Below, one piece after another: positions 20,801 to 33,966 of a DNA stretch of 64,000 nt (the stretch's first letter is position 1; every line of letters begins with the position of its first letter). The notes under the pieces are model-generated. The model did not search any database. It was not told the DNA's origin and saw nothing but the letters and a program-made list of their open reading frames with translations. The stretch is from the NCBI GenBank assembly GCA_016748015.1, contig JAAOMT010000479.1:148427-212426 (forward strand), written 5' to 3'. Made by a program: the position numbers and the translations under genes. The DNA is from Geosiphon pyriformis uo1. Lineage: Eukaryota > Fungi > Glomeromycota.

Positions 20801-22581
20801 TCACATGATTTTCAGGTCCTCTGCTGGCATCCACTTCACTCTTTGCAGTATTCAGTTCATGTCAAGATCAACTTTCTGAATAATTTTCTGGTTGGTATGA
20901 TGTGTATTTTCTCTGGAAGTAATTTGTCCTTGGGTGGCTCTCTAACCAATGCTTTTCATCATCAAAGTAGAACTTCTATGTCTTGTGTTCTTGGTGAATC
21001 AATCTATTTTAAGTGTGTCTCTTTATTTCATCATTATGAGATTGTTTTTGTGAACCAGCTGCTTGACCAAAGTGGGGCTATTTTTGATTGGAAAATCTTC
21101 AAGCAGTAAAAGCAATTGGACTTGCGTGGTCCAGTTCTTGCCTGGTTTGAGCTTTCTGTTTGGTTTCTTAGTAGTGCATCTTTTCTTTCTGTCTATTTCT
21201 TATCTTTGGATGATGATGGCTCTTCAAATATTCTTCATTCTTATGGGTTTAGTACTATTAGTGCCAATTTGTTGTGTTCTGATATTGGTCATTTTTCTGT
21301 CTATATGGATAGATTTTTGAGTGGCTTGGAGTCTGTTAATATAAAAGCTGGGACTGCTGTTTTTTTTGAGGACATTGGTATGAGTTTGGGTGTGAGAATT
21401 TCTGGTTTGATGTCTTCTATCTTGACAGAGTTGCAGGCCATTGTTCTAGCTTTCGAGTGTGTCTCTTTTTTTTGCTCAATCGACTTGTTCTTGGACAGTC
21501 AAGTGGCTTTGAATGCTTGCAAGTTGGAATTGGATTTGGTTTGCCCAGATTTTAGAAATTGGTGTTGGATTGAACATCGCCACATTGTGAATGTTATTCG
21601 TCATAAGAATTTGAATATTAATTGGTATAAGGTCAAAAATTATTCAGGTGTTTTAGGCAATAAGCATGTGGATGAGTTGGCCAGAGCTGCGGCTCTTTCT
21701 AGCTGGAATCTGTCTCATTTTATCAATGAACACTATTTTAGGATTGATGGTGCTGCCATTTCTGGTAATTTTAGGCATTTTGTTGATAATGTTTTTCAGT
21801 CAGTCTATTGTACATATTGGGAAATTGGTTCTGGTTCATGGATGGTGGTGGATAGTTTGTGTGCAGATATTGATTGGTTCAGATTATCACTGGTATGGCA
21901 CCCAGACTCTCACATGGCTGCTGGCTTTACTAGCAAGCGGACTGCTGGTTTCTAGACATATTTTATGAAGGCATTGTATCTTCAGCTCTCTGTTGCCATG
22001 CAAAAATGGCTTTATAATAAGAGTTACCTTAGTGTGATGTGTTTGTTTTGTGGTAATATTAAAGTTTTGAACCATGCTTTTTCTTGTTTGTTTGATGCCA
22101 ATGTTCGTGCTTGTTTGTTGGACTCTTATGCTTTAGCTTGGGGAGTGCAATCTGGTCTGAGTCATTCTTTCTCAGTTGTTTTGCAGCTGTTGTCTACTTG
22201 TTCATCTAATGTTTGGTCAGCACTGCTCTGTGCAAGGGTTTTGTTTTCAAGGATTGGTTTCGTGAGTCTGTCTCTGTTTTCAAGAATTCCAGAGTGGTGA
22301 GTCAAACCATTGTGGCCTTTGTACATGAGTTTAGTCATGCTTTTTGGAAAGACATTTGGTTGGTTTGTGCCAAGCACTATGCTTTTATGGAAAAAAATGG
22401 GCTTATTCTATGTAATAGATCTGTTTCTATCTCGATTTCTGGGCTTCTTTCAGTGCTGTCGGTGAGTGTGATTGAATTGCTGGGTGTTGCTAAGACAAGT
22501 GGTATTGGTTTCAGTTTTCGTAAGTCTTGTTTGTTTTTTTCAGACATAGGTAATGAAATTTCTGTTCATATAGGTATATAG
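17894..22581 (+). pseudogene. LINE ORF2: AP endonuclease, reverse transcriptase, RNase H, C-terminal Zn finger
   Basis: CNVRG…ETKL…GNFN…TIDFV…TNH (APE); KAAGLSGI…PIVLIE…QDMWKAYDSV…FVDD (RT); VYMD…ELQAI…DSQ…KVKNYSG.LGN..VD (RNase H); CLFC…H…C. Confidence 0.92.
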
Positions 22582-22714
22582 TATTGTTCTGATTGGTCCA
22601 AGTGGCTAGTTACATGTAGAAAGAGCATGATTCACACCTAGTTTAGATTATTTTGTATAATGTATTATACTAAATAGTGTTTGGACTTCACTCATTAAAT
22701 GAAAAAAAAAAAAA

Positions 22715-25700
22715 TTGGTTTTAAATTTTATGAAATCTTATTTGGTTTAATAAATATTTTTTATGTTTTTAATAGTAGTATATTAGATATTGTTATTAAT
22801 TTAATATAATATAGTTTTAGTTAATTACTATGTTTTATTTTTAATCATTTTTTAATATAAAATAACCTATTTTATTTTGGATCAAATTTTCTATTCTATT
22901 ATTTTTTTGCTTTGATATAATATAATAATACTTTGTTTTTAATTTTGAATTTAATTAGTTTATTTAAAAATTAACTATTATGTTTTTTTTTGGTTTTTTT
23001 TTATAATGCTTTAATGTTGTTAACTGCTTTTTTTGGTTTTTTAATGTTTTTATTAAGTTATATATTTTTTTTAATAGTGTTTTTTAAAATATGGCTTTTG
23101 TTATTAATTTAATTAAATATATTATTGGTTTTATTTTTATTAATAATATTAATATTTTATTATATACTAATTTAAATAATAGTATTTAAATTATATTTGT
23201 TTTATTATTTAATAAGTAAATAATATTAATAATATAAACAAATTTTATTTTTTGATTGTTTTGACTAATTTTGGTTAATATTTTACACAATTTTTTATTA
23301 AACTTTTTAATTAAGCTATTTATTTGTAAATAATATAATAATAATAATAATTTTTTTATTTCAAATTTTGATTTAATTTAGCCAATATTTTGTTTACCAA
23401 ATGAGCTTTTTGATTAAATAACAATTTTTTTAAACATCTATATTAACATATTAAGTTTTAATAAACAAATTTGATTTTTAGTTTAACATAAATTTTTTGA
23501 ATTATTTTGGTTTTTAGTCATTTTGTAAGTAGTTTTTTTAATTAATTTTATACTTATTTTTGTGTTTTTTATTAGACAATTTTTAATATTATGATTTCAA
23601 TATTTTTTTTAATCAATTAATAAACAAAAAACAAAATTAAAAAAAATAAAATAATAAGAAATATAAATTAATATTTTATTAATAATTATAATTAAAAACT
23701 ATTGTTTTAATATTGTTAATATAATAGTATTAATATTATTAACATTAATTTACAAGTAAATAGTATTTAATAAGATAAATATAAATTTATAAAAGTTTAA
23801 ATATTAAATATTTTAAAAACAATAATTTATTAAATAAATATTACTTTACGTGTTAAATTTTTAACTATTAAAGTTACTTAGATAAATTTTTATTTAACTT
23901 TTTTCAGTTATTATTATATGTTCTGATAATTTATGTTATATTATTAACTAATTATAATATTTTTTATCTATTATTTTTTTGCTTTATTCTATAAATAACA
24001 ATATTTAAGAATTTAATATTAAATATAATACTTATACAAAATATTAATTTTTAAATAATAAAATTTAAAATCTTTTAAGTCTTAAAAATTATAACAGCAA
24101 AACATTAACAATAATAAAAAATAAAAAAATAAAATATAAACTATTAACTTAAAAAATTAAATTATTAATTTTAAAATTTTTTTTAAAGTAATAAATTTAT
24201 TTTGGTTTATTAAAAAAAATTCTAATATTGCTTTTTTTTACTAATACAAACTAGTAAACAAAAGCAATAATAACAGAAAAAAGGTTTTTAAAATAAATAA
24301 TAATATATTATTATAAATTAGTAAACTGTAATTTAACAAAAAAAAATTATTAAAAACACCAAGAACATTTTAAAATTTTCAGTAAATATATTAAAAAAAA
24401 TATTATAAAATATAACAGAAAAAAAACCAAAGATTATAAAAGATTTACAATTTTAAAATAATTAAAAAAAAATTACTAATAACAATTTTAATAACTATAT
24501 TCAAAAAATTTTAAAATACAAAATTTACATAAAAAACTTAATATTGTCTTTTAATACAGATTTAAATCTAATAATATTAGACAGTAATTAAATAAAAACT
24601 AATTTAATCTTAAATATAAAATCAAATATTAGAATAAAAGTTCTTTATTAAAAAATTTTTAACAACTAAAAATAGTTTTTTATGTATTACTAAAAACAAT
24701 ACCAAAAGACAAAAAAATTGTTTTGGTTTCTATTTAATTAATATAATCTTTAAGATTAAATAACTTAATAATCTAATTAATTAAAAATATATTCAAAAAT
24801 GTGTTTTGTTTAGCTTTTAATATTAATAAAAATTTGTTAAAAAACACTATTTTTGACAATACAACTATTTATATTAAAAAAAAGATTAATTACTATAATA
24901 AGAATTTTATTTAAAATTTTATTTAAAATTACAAAAAAATTTGATACAATAATACTAAATAAGAATAATTATTATTGATTTTTAAAGTTTTTGGTTTTTT
25001 TTTATTTTTCTAATGTAATAATAATAATAATATAAAAAGCAAAAAAGATCAATTTATTGAATAATTTATTATTAAAAACTTTAAAACTTTTAAAAAAAAC
25101 AAAAAAAAACTAAAACTAACTTTAATATGTTTCTTAAAAAAAAACTTTAACTAAAAAAACTATTAATTAAAGATAAAAAATTGTTTTAAAAGCCACTAAA
25201 AACAGCTTTATATTATTATAAATAAAATTTTTATTTTTTAGTTTTATTTATTTACTTAGTTATATTAATTGTATGTATTAACTATTAATATTATTATATA
25301 ATTACTTTATTTTTAAAAATAATTATTAATATAACTATTAATAATATCAATGTTTTAATTATTAACTTAATTATTAATAATATCAATGTTTTAATTATTA
25401 ACTTAATTATTAATTTAATCATTAATTAAATTATTATGTAATTATTAACTTAATTATTGATTTAGTTATTAACTTAATTATTAATCAAATTATTATGTAA
25501 TTACTGACTTAATTATTGATTTTTTTTAAAAGTATATAAGCAAAAGCTTCCAAAACTATAAAATTACATTTATACTTAAATTAATTAACAATATTAACTC
25601 TTTTTATTTTTTTTACAATTTTTTTATTTTTTTCTTAATTTGTATAATTATTGGTTTTTGTAAAATATATTAAATAAATGTTTATTGAAAAATACAATTA

Positions 25701-27700
25701 ATATTTGATATTAATTATAAAAGTACTAATATAAGATATAAAATTATATTAGTGTGTTATTTTTTATCTTCTGATTTTTTTGTTATCTTTTAGAAAAAAT
25801 AGTGATTAAAATATTTAACTGTAATAATATTATTAATACTTAAAAAAAATATTTTCAAAATGTTTTGTTTAACTGCTTTTATAACAAAAAGTATTTTTTT
25901 GTTAAAATTTTATTAATTACTAGAAAAAAAATAATATTTAAAACATTTTTACTTTTTGTTTTAATTATAATTATAAAAATTGAAAAAAAAAGTTAATTTT
26001 TTTTAATAACCTATTTTTGGCTTTTTATTATTACAGATTAAAAAAATATACTAAAAAATAGCAAAAAATAAATATTATATAATAGAAATTTAATTTACTT
26101 AATAAGTTAATTTTATAAATATTTAATTGTTATTCTTTTTAAAAGATAATAAAAAAAATTAAAAGTTTAAAAATAATTTATATTGTTAATAAAGATAACA
26201 TAATTGTTATAATTATATGTTTTATTTTAATGTTTTTATAATTTAATAACAGATATTATTATACTTTTTAATTAACATTTATTTAATATATTTTACAAAA
26301 GCTAACAATATATAAATCAAAAAATAATAACAATTAAAAATATAAATAAATTAAAATTTTTGTATTAATTTTGTAATTAATTTATAAATTCAAGTAAAAA
26401 TGTTTTTTTATAGTTTTAAAAGACTTGTTGTTATATTTTTAAAAAGAAATTAATGATTAAATTAATAATTAAATAAATAATTTAATTATTAATTAAGTTA
26501 ATAGTTAAGTTATTAATTAAGTTAATATTATATTAAAAATTAATTCTAAAAATAAAAATAATATTAGTAGTTAATATATGTAATTAAAAATAATTAGAAA
26601 ATTTAATAAACTAAAAACTAAAAAATTAAAAGATAATAATATAATTATTAATTTGATTAAAAACTTAATTATTAACTTAATTAACTATTATTTTTAATAA
26701 ATATGTAAAAAAGTATTTATTTATTAAATTAATTTTTTTAATACTATAATTTAAATTCTTTTTTATCTTTTTTAATTACAACTTTTTCCTTTTTTTTCTC
26801 TTAATTTACATATTAGATTTTAAAAATATTATTGAAAAAAAAATTATCAAAAAAGTATAAATAATATTTGTCATTAAATTTTAAAATACCAATTGAAAAC
26901 ATAAAATTATATATTACTATATTATTCTTTAACAGTATTAAATTGGGTGGCTGATTACGTGTGGTTAAGCATGAGCCATACTTATTTTTTTAGCTTTTAA
27001 TTTTGCCGAAATTGTAAGGTCACGCTTGTTATTGCATAATAAAAAAAAAGTATAAATTATTTATATTTAGATTTTTTTGAAAAAATTAATAATAAAGATT
27101 TTATAAGATTGATTTCACATTATTTTATTACTTTACAATATTTGTTTTCTTTTTTTATTTATTAGCTTGTTACTCTAATCTGTAATAATATTATATTTAT
27201 ATTGTATAAAATACATAATAGTTAGATTATATCTTATTTTAATAATCAAATTAATTTAATATTTCAAGTTTATTTTTATTAATAAAATAGAATTAAAGAT
27301 AAATTTTGTGTTTGAAAATTTGAATAATATACATATTAACTAAATTAAATTTTATTATTTAATAAAACTTAAAGTAACAATTTTATCTGTTATTTTTTAA
27401 AATTATGTAGTTATTAAATTTATTAATAATAAAACTTTAAATTTTTTTTAAAGAATAAATTTTAATTAAAAAAAAATTTTAATATTTATTTTGTTATAAC
27501 TCTTGAATAATTTTAAAACAAATATTAAACATATTATTTTTTCGAATTATTAGTTTTATAATAATATTAATTTGAAAATTTTATTAATATATATAAAAAA
27601 TAAAAAGAATAATAATTAATCTTAATGAAATTAAATTAAATTAAAAGTTTTTTGTTAATAGAAAAAAAATAGTTAAAGTTATTAATATATAAAAGATTAA
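22715..27700. mobile_element. Extremely AT-rich relic of older LTR retroelements
   Basis: Almost no C/G and no ORFs. 23620-23790 still aligns to LTR A 13020-13215 with C>T/G>A changes; 25520-25770 and 26700-26935 are related direct repeats with LTR-like TATA and poly-T tracts. Confidence 0.65.
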
Positions 27701-28440
27701 AAATTTGAATCAAATTTGTCTGGGAAAAATTGTATTTTTGAATTGAAAAACACAAGGTCAATTAGAAAATAACTGGAAATTTTCTTGATGAAAAAATTAT
27801 TATATTTATTATGTAAAAGAATGGTTATAAATGGTTTTCAAACCAAGATGGTTGATAATTATAAAAGTATTTCATCTGAATAGAAATAAATAAACAATGG
27901 GTAAATTTCATATCCATGTTATGAAACCCATTCATCCAAATTTGCCTAATCTCCTGATTCAAATTAAAATATATATTGACGAGGAAACGATCATTTGGGT
28001 CAGGTATGAATGAAAAATAAAGATGTAAAGAAGATGTGTAGTAGTAAAGGTTTTTTCGAAGAATTTGTGCGAGTTTCACAAATGTTTAATTCGTCGAATA
28101 ATTATTGTTTATTGTGGGTATGTATCACAGACAAAAGTTTTGGTATGACTAATTTTTTAATAATGACTACTGGAATTGTGTAAAATAAAAGTTTGCTACC
28201 CTGAAATACCCCGAGACTCAAAAAGAGGCCAAGACAATGAAAATAACAGGAATCAACGTTCTCATTTTATTAAAGTTTAATAATGAGTTTTATTGCAACA
28301 TTAATGTCAGAACGGTTTTATTTTGGCGGCAAATCAAATATAAAGTTCAAACAATAGGTAAAAAGCGTTCAAATGATGAAAGGAACCTCTGTTTTTTGAT
28401 TTTTTTTACGTTACCCTAAACCTAAACTTGCCTTTATCTT

Positions 28441-28783
28441 CTAGATCAATTTACTATTCTGTATTGGTAGAAACCTTCTGCAAGTAATCATTTTATTTCC
28501 TAAATGATATAAAATTAATAAAATATTAAAGCATAATATTAAATCTTGTCGTGTGATATTAGGATATATTGCACTACCTTGACCATCATAACCCCCTACA
28601 TGTATGTATCGAAGCTGCATATTAATATGATGCACCACGTTAAAACCTGAATTGGATAAAATATTAGCAGGCCAAGTAACAATGCTAAATATCATCCCAT
28701 GATAAGAGAAAAATATTAAACCAGCAATGCAATGATTGGTAATATTTTCGGGGGGTAGTTTCCAATTCAAAGTCTCTTAATGA

Positions 28784-28847
<64 letters not shown>

Positions 28848-29050
28848 GGAATCAAAGCCTTAAGAATGTGATTAGATTTTTTTGAGGAGCTAAAAAGTTC
28901 CCATAGAATAACTGTGGCTTTTGGATTATGTACAACGGATTGAACGGTAAAACTTGATAGATCACCGCCTAGGTATAATAAGATATTTTAAAAATCATTC
29001 AAAGAGAGCGCAGCTTTACATTTGAAATTTTCGAATAACGATATTTTCAT
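28441..29050 (-). pseudogene. Possible small spliced gene or remnant with ML (MD-2-related lipid-recognition)-like pattern
   Basis: ATG 29050; GT-AG introns 28969-29019 and 28500-28577 give MKISLFENFKCGDLSSFTVQSVVHNP…TLNWKLPPENIT…HVGGYDGQGNKMITC. The middle junction across the AAT repeat is unresolved and there is no clear signal peptide. Confidence 0.3.
28784..28847. repeat. (AAT)n microsatellite
   Basis: Direct observation; similar tracts near 32240, 33908, 37976, 43673, 47540, 47880, 48500, 48805, 50436, 51580, 54950. Confidence 0.95.
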
Positions 29051-30422
29051 TGGATTTTCAAAAAATGAAAATTTTATCAAATTGGTGTATTTGGCATATA
29101 TCTTTGAAAAAGGCTAAGAAGTAGTTTGTAATTTTTTAAATTGACTTGGCGACTAGATCGGATATCGAGGAAAGTTGAATATTAATTATTAATTGATCCT
29201 TTGAAAAAAAAATGATCCGACGCTAAACTTTAGAAAAATAATTTTTTTTTCCACACTTTTGCATCCCTTTCAAAAATTTTGGTTATGCCATCATTCCATC
29301 ATGAAATTTGAATTCATTGACCCATTGTTTCGTTTTTCAAGGATACAAATAAAAAGAAATAGTCATTTATCATACAAATCAATTAATTTAAAGAAAATTT
29401 TGATAAGCTTTCATCGAATAAACCAAAGAGATTTGACCGCAATCGATCTGGGTATAATAACGTGGCTTTAAAATTTTTTGATACATAAATAGTTTTTTTG
29501 ATTAATGTATATACAAACGAAAGACGTTTTAATTTGACTTTCGTATTCACCAATTTGAACCAATGACACAGAAAATGACAATCACGTTTCCATATCCGTT
29601 TAAAATTTCGGATGTCCCGAACAAGTTTTTTTTGGTGATTCTTTTATTTGAGCGCGGAAAAATTTTTATTTGTTTTACACAGCATTTTATCATATAAAGG
29701 TAAAAAAAAAATTCAAAGATCGAAATTCACACAACATCACCATCACCATCACCATCACCATGAACTATTCTTCTCATCCCATTCGAAATGATTGGTGGCT
29801 GCGACTCAGATCTGCAATAAAACATATCCATCCTAGGTATGATCGAAACTTGATTAGTTTACAAAATATTATTATTATTATCATTATTATTATTTAGACT
29901 AGACAAAAATCTGTTTTTGGAATTTTTATTAGTGTTTGTTCGTTGTTGATCTTTTTTTCATTATATAGATCGTAAAACCTTTTTATCAATTATTCACACA
30001 TAAAAAGTAATTTCGATTTTATCATAATCAATCAATAAATCAATCAAATAAATCAAAAGGAGAAAAAAACCTCTCTCTCTCTCAACTTTTTCGGGAAATT
30101 TCCTTTTTACAATTTGAGCAATTATTTCACCGATACTTGTCAATATTAATGATAACCAAGAAAATATGATCTCCCATTGTGTAGATTCACCCATTCAACT
30201 CCCCATGTACTTTGAAAAATCTTATCATTTATCAAATTCATATAAACAATGATTGATCTTTTTTATATGTTTTTGTGCAAATAGTACAAGAAACACGATC
30301 AAGGTCCCGAGAATTTTATAATTGATCAAAGTTTCTCAATTATAAACAAATAATTTTTTTCTTTGCTGAATATCCTTAATAGAACCATCCATTCAAGTCA
30401 AGTCAAGTCAAGTCAAATCAAA

Positions 30423-30453
<31 letters not shown>

Positions 30454-33400
30454 CAAAACAAAGCAAAATATCGTCAATATTTATGCTATACTGACGTTTT
30501 AGCAAAAATTAATCGGAACTCCACGAAAAATATTTATTAGTGTACATCTTAAAAAAAAAAAAAAAAACGAATCAAAGGAAATGTGTCTATTTTGAAATAT
30601 TTAGAACAAGGAAACAAAATATTCGGGACATGAATAAGTGGGTCAAGTTTGTTTATCACGGAAAAGAAACATTTTCATCATACCATACAATTCTGTAGAC
30701 TTTGACAGCCAAATTGACCTTTAAGTTTTAAGTTGGCTAATTATTAATAATAATAAAACAATAAAAATTTACCCAAAATTACAAAATTGGGAATTTAAAT
30801 TAAAAAAAGAAAAAAGAAAAAAAGACATTAGAAAAATTGTAATAATATTTGTGAGTAATGTGTTGATTAAAATTTATGTAATTAAAAGAAAAAAGGTTAA
30901 CCTTGAAAGCGGAATAGCTTGAGAAATTACTTAACTCGGGATCATAGATTATTTAATCAAATTTCTTTCTCTATAATAGACGGAATTTTCAGCATCAATA
31001 ACGGGGAATCATTTTAAAAATTGGAAAATAAATTCCTTTCTGAAAAAAGATTAATTCCAAAGATTTTGTTATCCAACAAAAATCATTCACGAACGGTTGA
31101 AAGAAAATGTATCATCATCATTACACCGGGGTTTCACGATCGTGAAAATTGGTTAATATTTCAGGATTTCTTTTTATTGGTTCAATGGATTTTTAAAGAT
31201 CAAATTTATTTATTGTTATATTTGGTCAAAACAAAATGATTGATTATGGAACTTTTCCCTTCGAATTCTTTGTGGACGACAATTGTTAAAAGAAATAGAC
31301 GGAAGAAATCTTCAAAATATTTTTTGTAATCATGTAATTTTTATTAAAATGGATATTGTTTCATGAGGGGTAAATTACGGATGGTTAGCAGCTTACAATA
31401 AAACGTTTAGAATTTATTTTAAAGTTTATGATTTTCACTGCACTTGAAAGAAATGTGAGAACATCTTACTTTTGAAAATCTTGTTGAGCTGACTATATTA
31501 ATAATGTAAACATTTCACAAATTATCAACAACAAAAAAAAATGGGCCAAAGTTAGAAATCGTATTGATTCAATCCCATTGTTTAAAACATTGTTCCTATT
31601 TATTATTTAGCAAATATTTTTCCCATGTTTTTTTTTTGACAACAACAACAACAACTACAACAACTACAACAACTACAACAACTACAACAACAACAGCAAC
31701 AATAACAACAATAACAACAACTAGGCAAGCAAACATTAAAAAAATAGACAGGATTAAGATTTGAAAATGAACTTAATTAATAACACATACACATGGAAAG
31801 ATTCCCAAGAAAAGAAAGAAACTTATGCGGGGTAACAAGGAAATTAGTATTAGGCTTATGTTTGTGATGGAAATCATTAAGATCAACAATCCAACGAAGA
31901 TCTTAAATAATTGAGATGCGAAAATTCCCCGAGCCACGAATCATTTGAGAATCATATTATGTCAATATTTATGTTTCAGCAGGTGATAATTTCGAATCAA
32001 TTTTTTCTCTGTGATTTGTTCAAGAATTACAAAATGGATATATATTCCCGTTATTCTTTTGGGAAATATTTTCATGATAAATATTTACAATTAAAACTAG
32101 TATTCTTCCGGAAATTAGAGAATTCAGGTGGGCTCGGCAATGAATCTCATTCATTGATTGAGATAAGATTATTTTTTTTTGGGGGGGGGGGGGGAAACTT
32201 GAAATGTGACTTTATAATAATTTTTTTTTAAATTATCCATTATTATTATTGTTATTGTTATTGTGATTATTATTATTATTATTATTATTATTTAAATAAG
32301 GAGGAAATCAATCGCATCGTGTCATCATCACTGTTTCATCCGCTATCAAATATTACGAATTCTTTACAATGCGACAGAAACTTCCAAGCGTAAAAAAAAT
32401 CAAGGATCTTATCTTGATCCTTGATTCATTGTCTAGGTCTCCAAAAAAAGATCATATTATTAAACAAAACAATAGATATTTTTTCAAATATTTTAATTAA
32501 TAATTTTTTAAAACTTTGAGCCCGAATTGAAAATGGATCCGAAATTGATTTTTGTAAAAGGAATAGGATGTTTTTTTATTTGTATGCGTAGAGGTGGTTA
32601 TTTGCTTTTATAAGAGTTGTTTTTCTGCTATAATTTAAATTTTATGGGTAAAAATTTGTTATCAGATTTCCACAGGGCAGTGTTCTAATTATCATTAACA
32701 CCCCAATCTTGTCTTCGAAAAATCGCCATTTATGAAACATTAGCCCGAAAACTTTCAAGGTCATCATCATCATTATCATAATCATCATTATTAAACCTTA
32801 TAATTATTAAAGTTTATTTCCTTCGAAACTCGGGATTTATAAAGATTTTGTCAATCAGAATTTTTTAATATATAATATTATTTCCCCCGCAAACTTTTAC
32901 CTGGAAAGGTGTGAGAAAATCTAATATTGTTAATAAAGAAGATTCTTGAAACTTTCGAAAAATAATTTTCATAACCTGAACCAATAAACAAAATACTCAT
33001 TCAAAAGTGAAACAAAATTATCTTTTCGATCATTGTCTTTAGGATTAATGAATTTAAGGGGGGGGAGGTGGGGACTAACGAATATTTGATTGGGGAAAAT
33101 GCGTGCGTGCGAGAAATTATGTAAAAATTTCCTTTAATTTATTATTGAACTTTTGTTTCTTCCGTATTCTTCCCCATTTAACCAAAAAAGAAAAAATTAT
33201 TGATATTGAACAATACCAATTTATTTGTTATTTGATAATTTGATAATTTGAAAATGGTGGCGCTAACCGATCTTCATAATTGTGGCGGTGGCCATTTGCG
33301 GAATTTTTGACGGTTGATTTTCAGCTTTTAGCCACCAAATTCGAACGCCATGAATGCCACAAATTGTGCGTACATAGCCTTATTTTTTATCTTGATGAGA

Positions 33401-33904
33401 AAAATACTTGAAATCTATAGTCCGAGTAAATCAAAGATCGCATGCTGAAACTTTTTTTTTATAAAGTTACAGTATAAAAACTAAGAGATGCATGATTGCG
33501 AAAAAAATATCCCAAATTAATGGTCTATGATAAATTTATTTGACCTTTGCAAAAATTCACAAGATTAAATTAACAAAATTTCCTATATATCAATATTTCT
33601 GAAATTAAACAAAGCTAAATAATTTAAAAACGCTGAATAATTTTGTTTGAAAAATCTTTTAAGGAAATTATTTCATAACATTAAAACCATTTCGAAAAAG
33701 AAAAATTTAATTTTCAATTTTTAAATAAGGCAATAAATTACTTTTTGAACTTTTTTAACGAACATAAAAATGGGAACATTATCTTTCATGTTTGAACACG
33801 CGATATCCATGTGGTGGTCATGATTATTAGAATGTGATTGCATACATTTAATAAATCAAATCTAATGGTAAAAAGGTTTCTATTCGAGAATAAAATATAA
33901 TAAA

Positions 33905-33966
<62 letters not shown>

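Larger units (their letters stand above)
15244..22714 (+). mobile_element. Decayed non-LTR retrotransposon (LINE) with RNase H; 5' end displaced beyond element B
   Basis: ORF1 remnants, ORF2 APE-RT-RNase H-Zn finger, short 3' UTR, ATTAAA at 22694 and A13 tail at 22702-22714. Confidence 0.93.

Noticed and set aside
529-22377. Antisense ORFs over the TEs (e.g. 529-861, 8434-8742, 9085-9480, 19222-19791, 19796-20233)
   Set aside because: Opposite-strand shadows of TE coding frames with no independent motifs.
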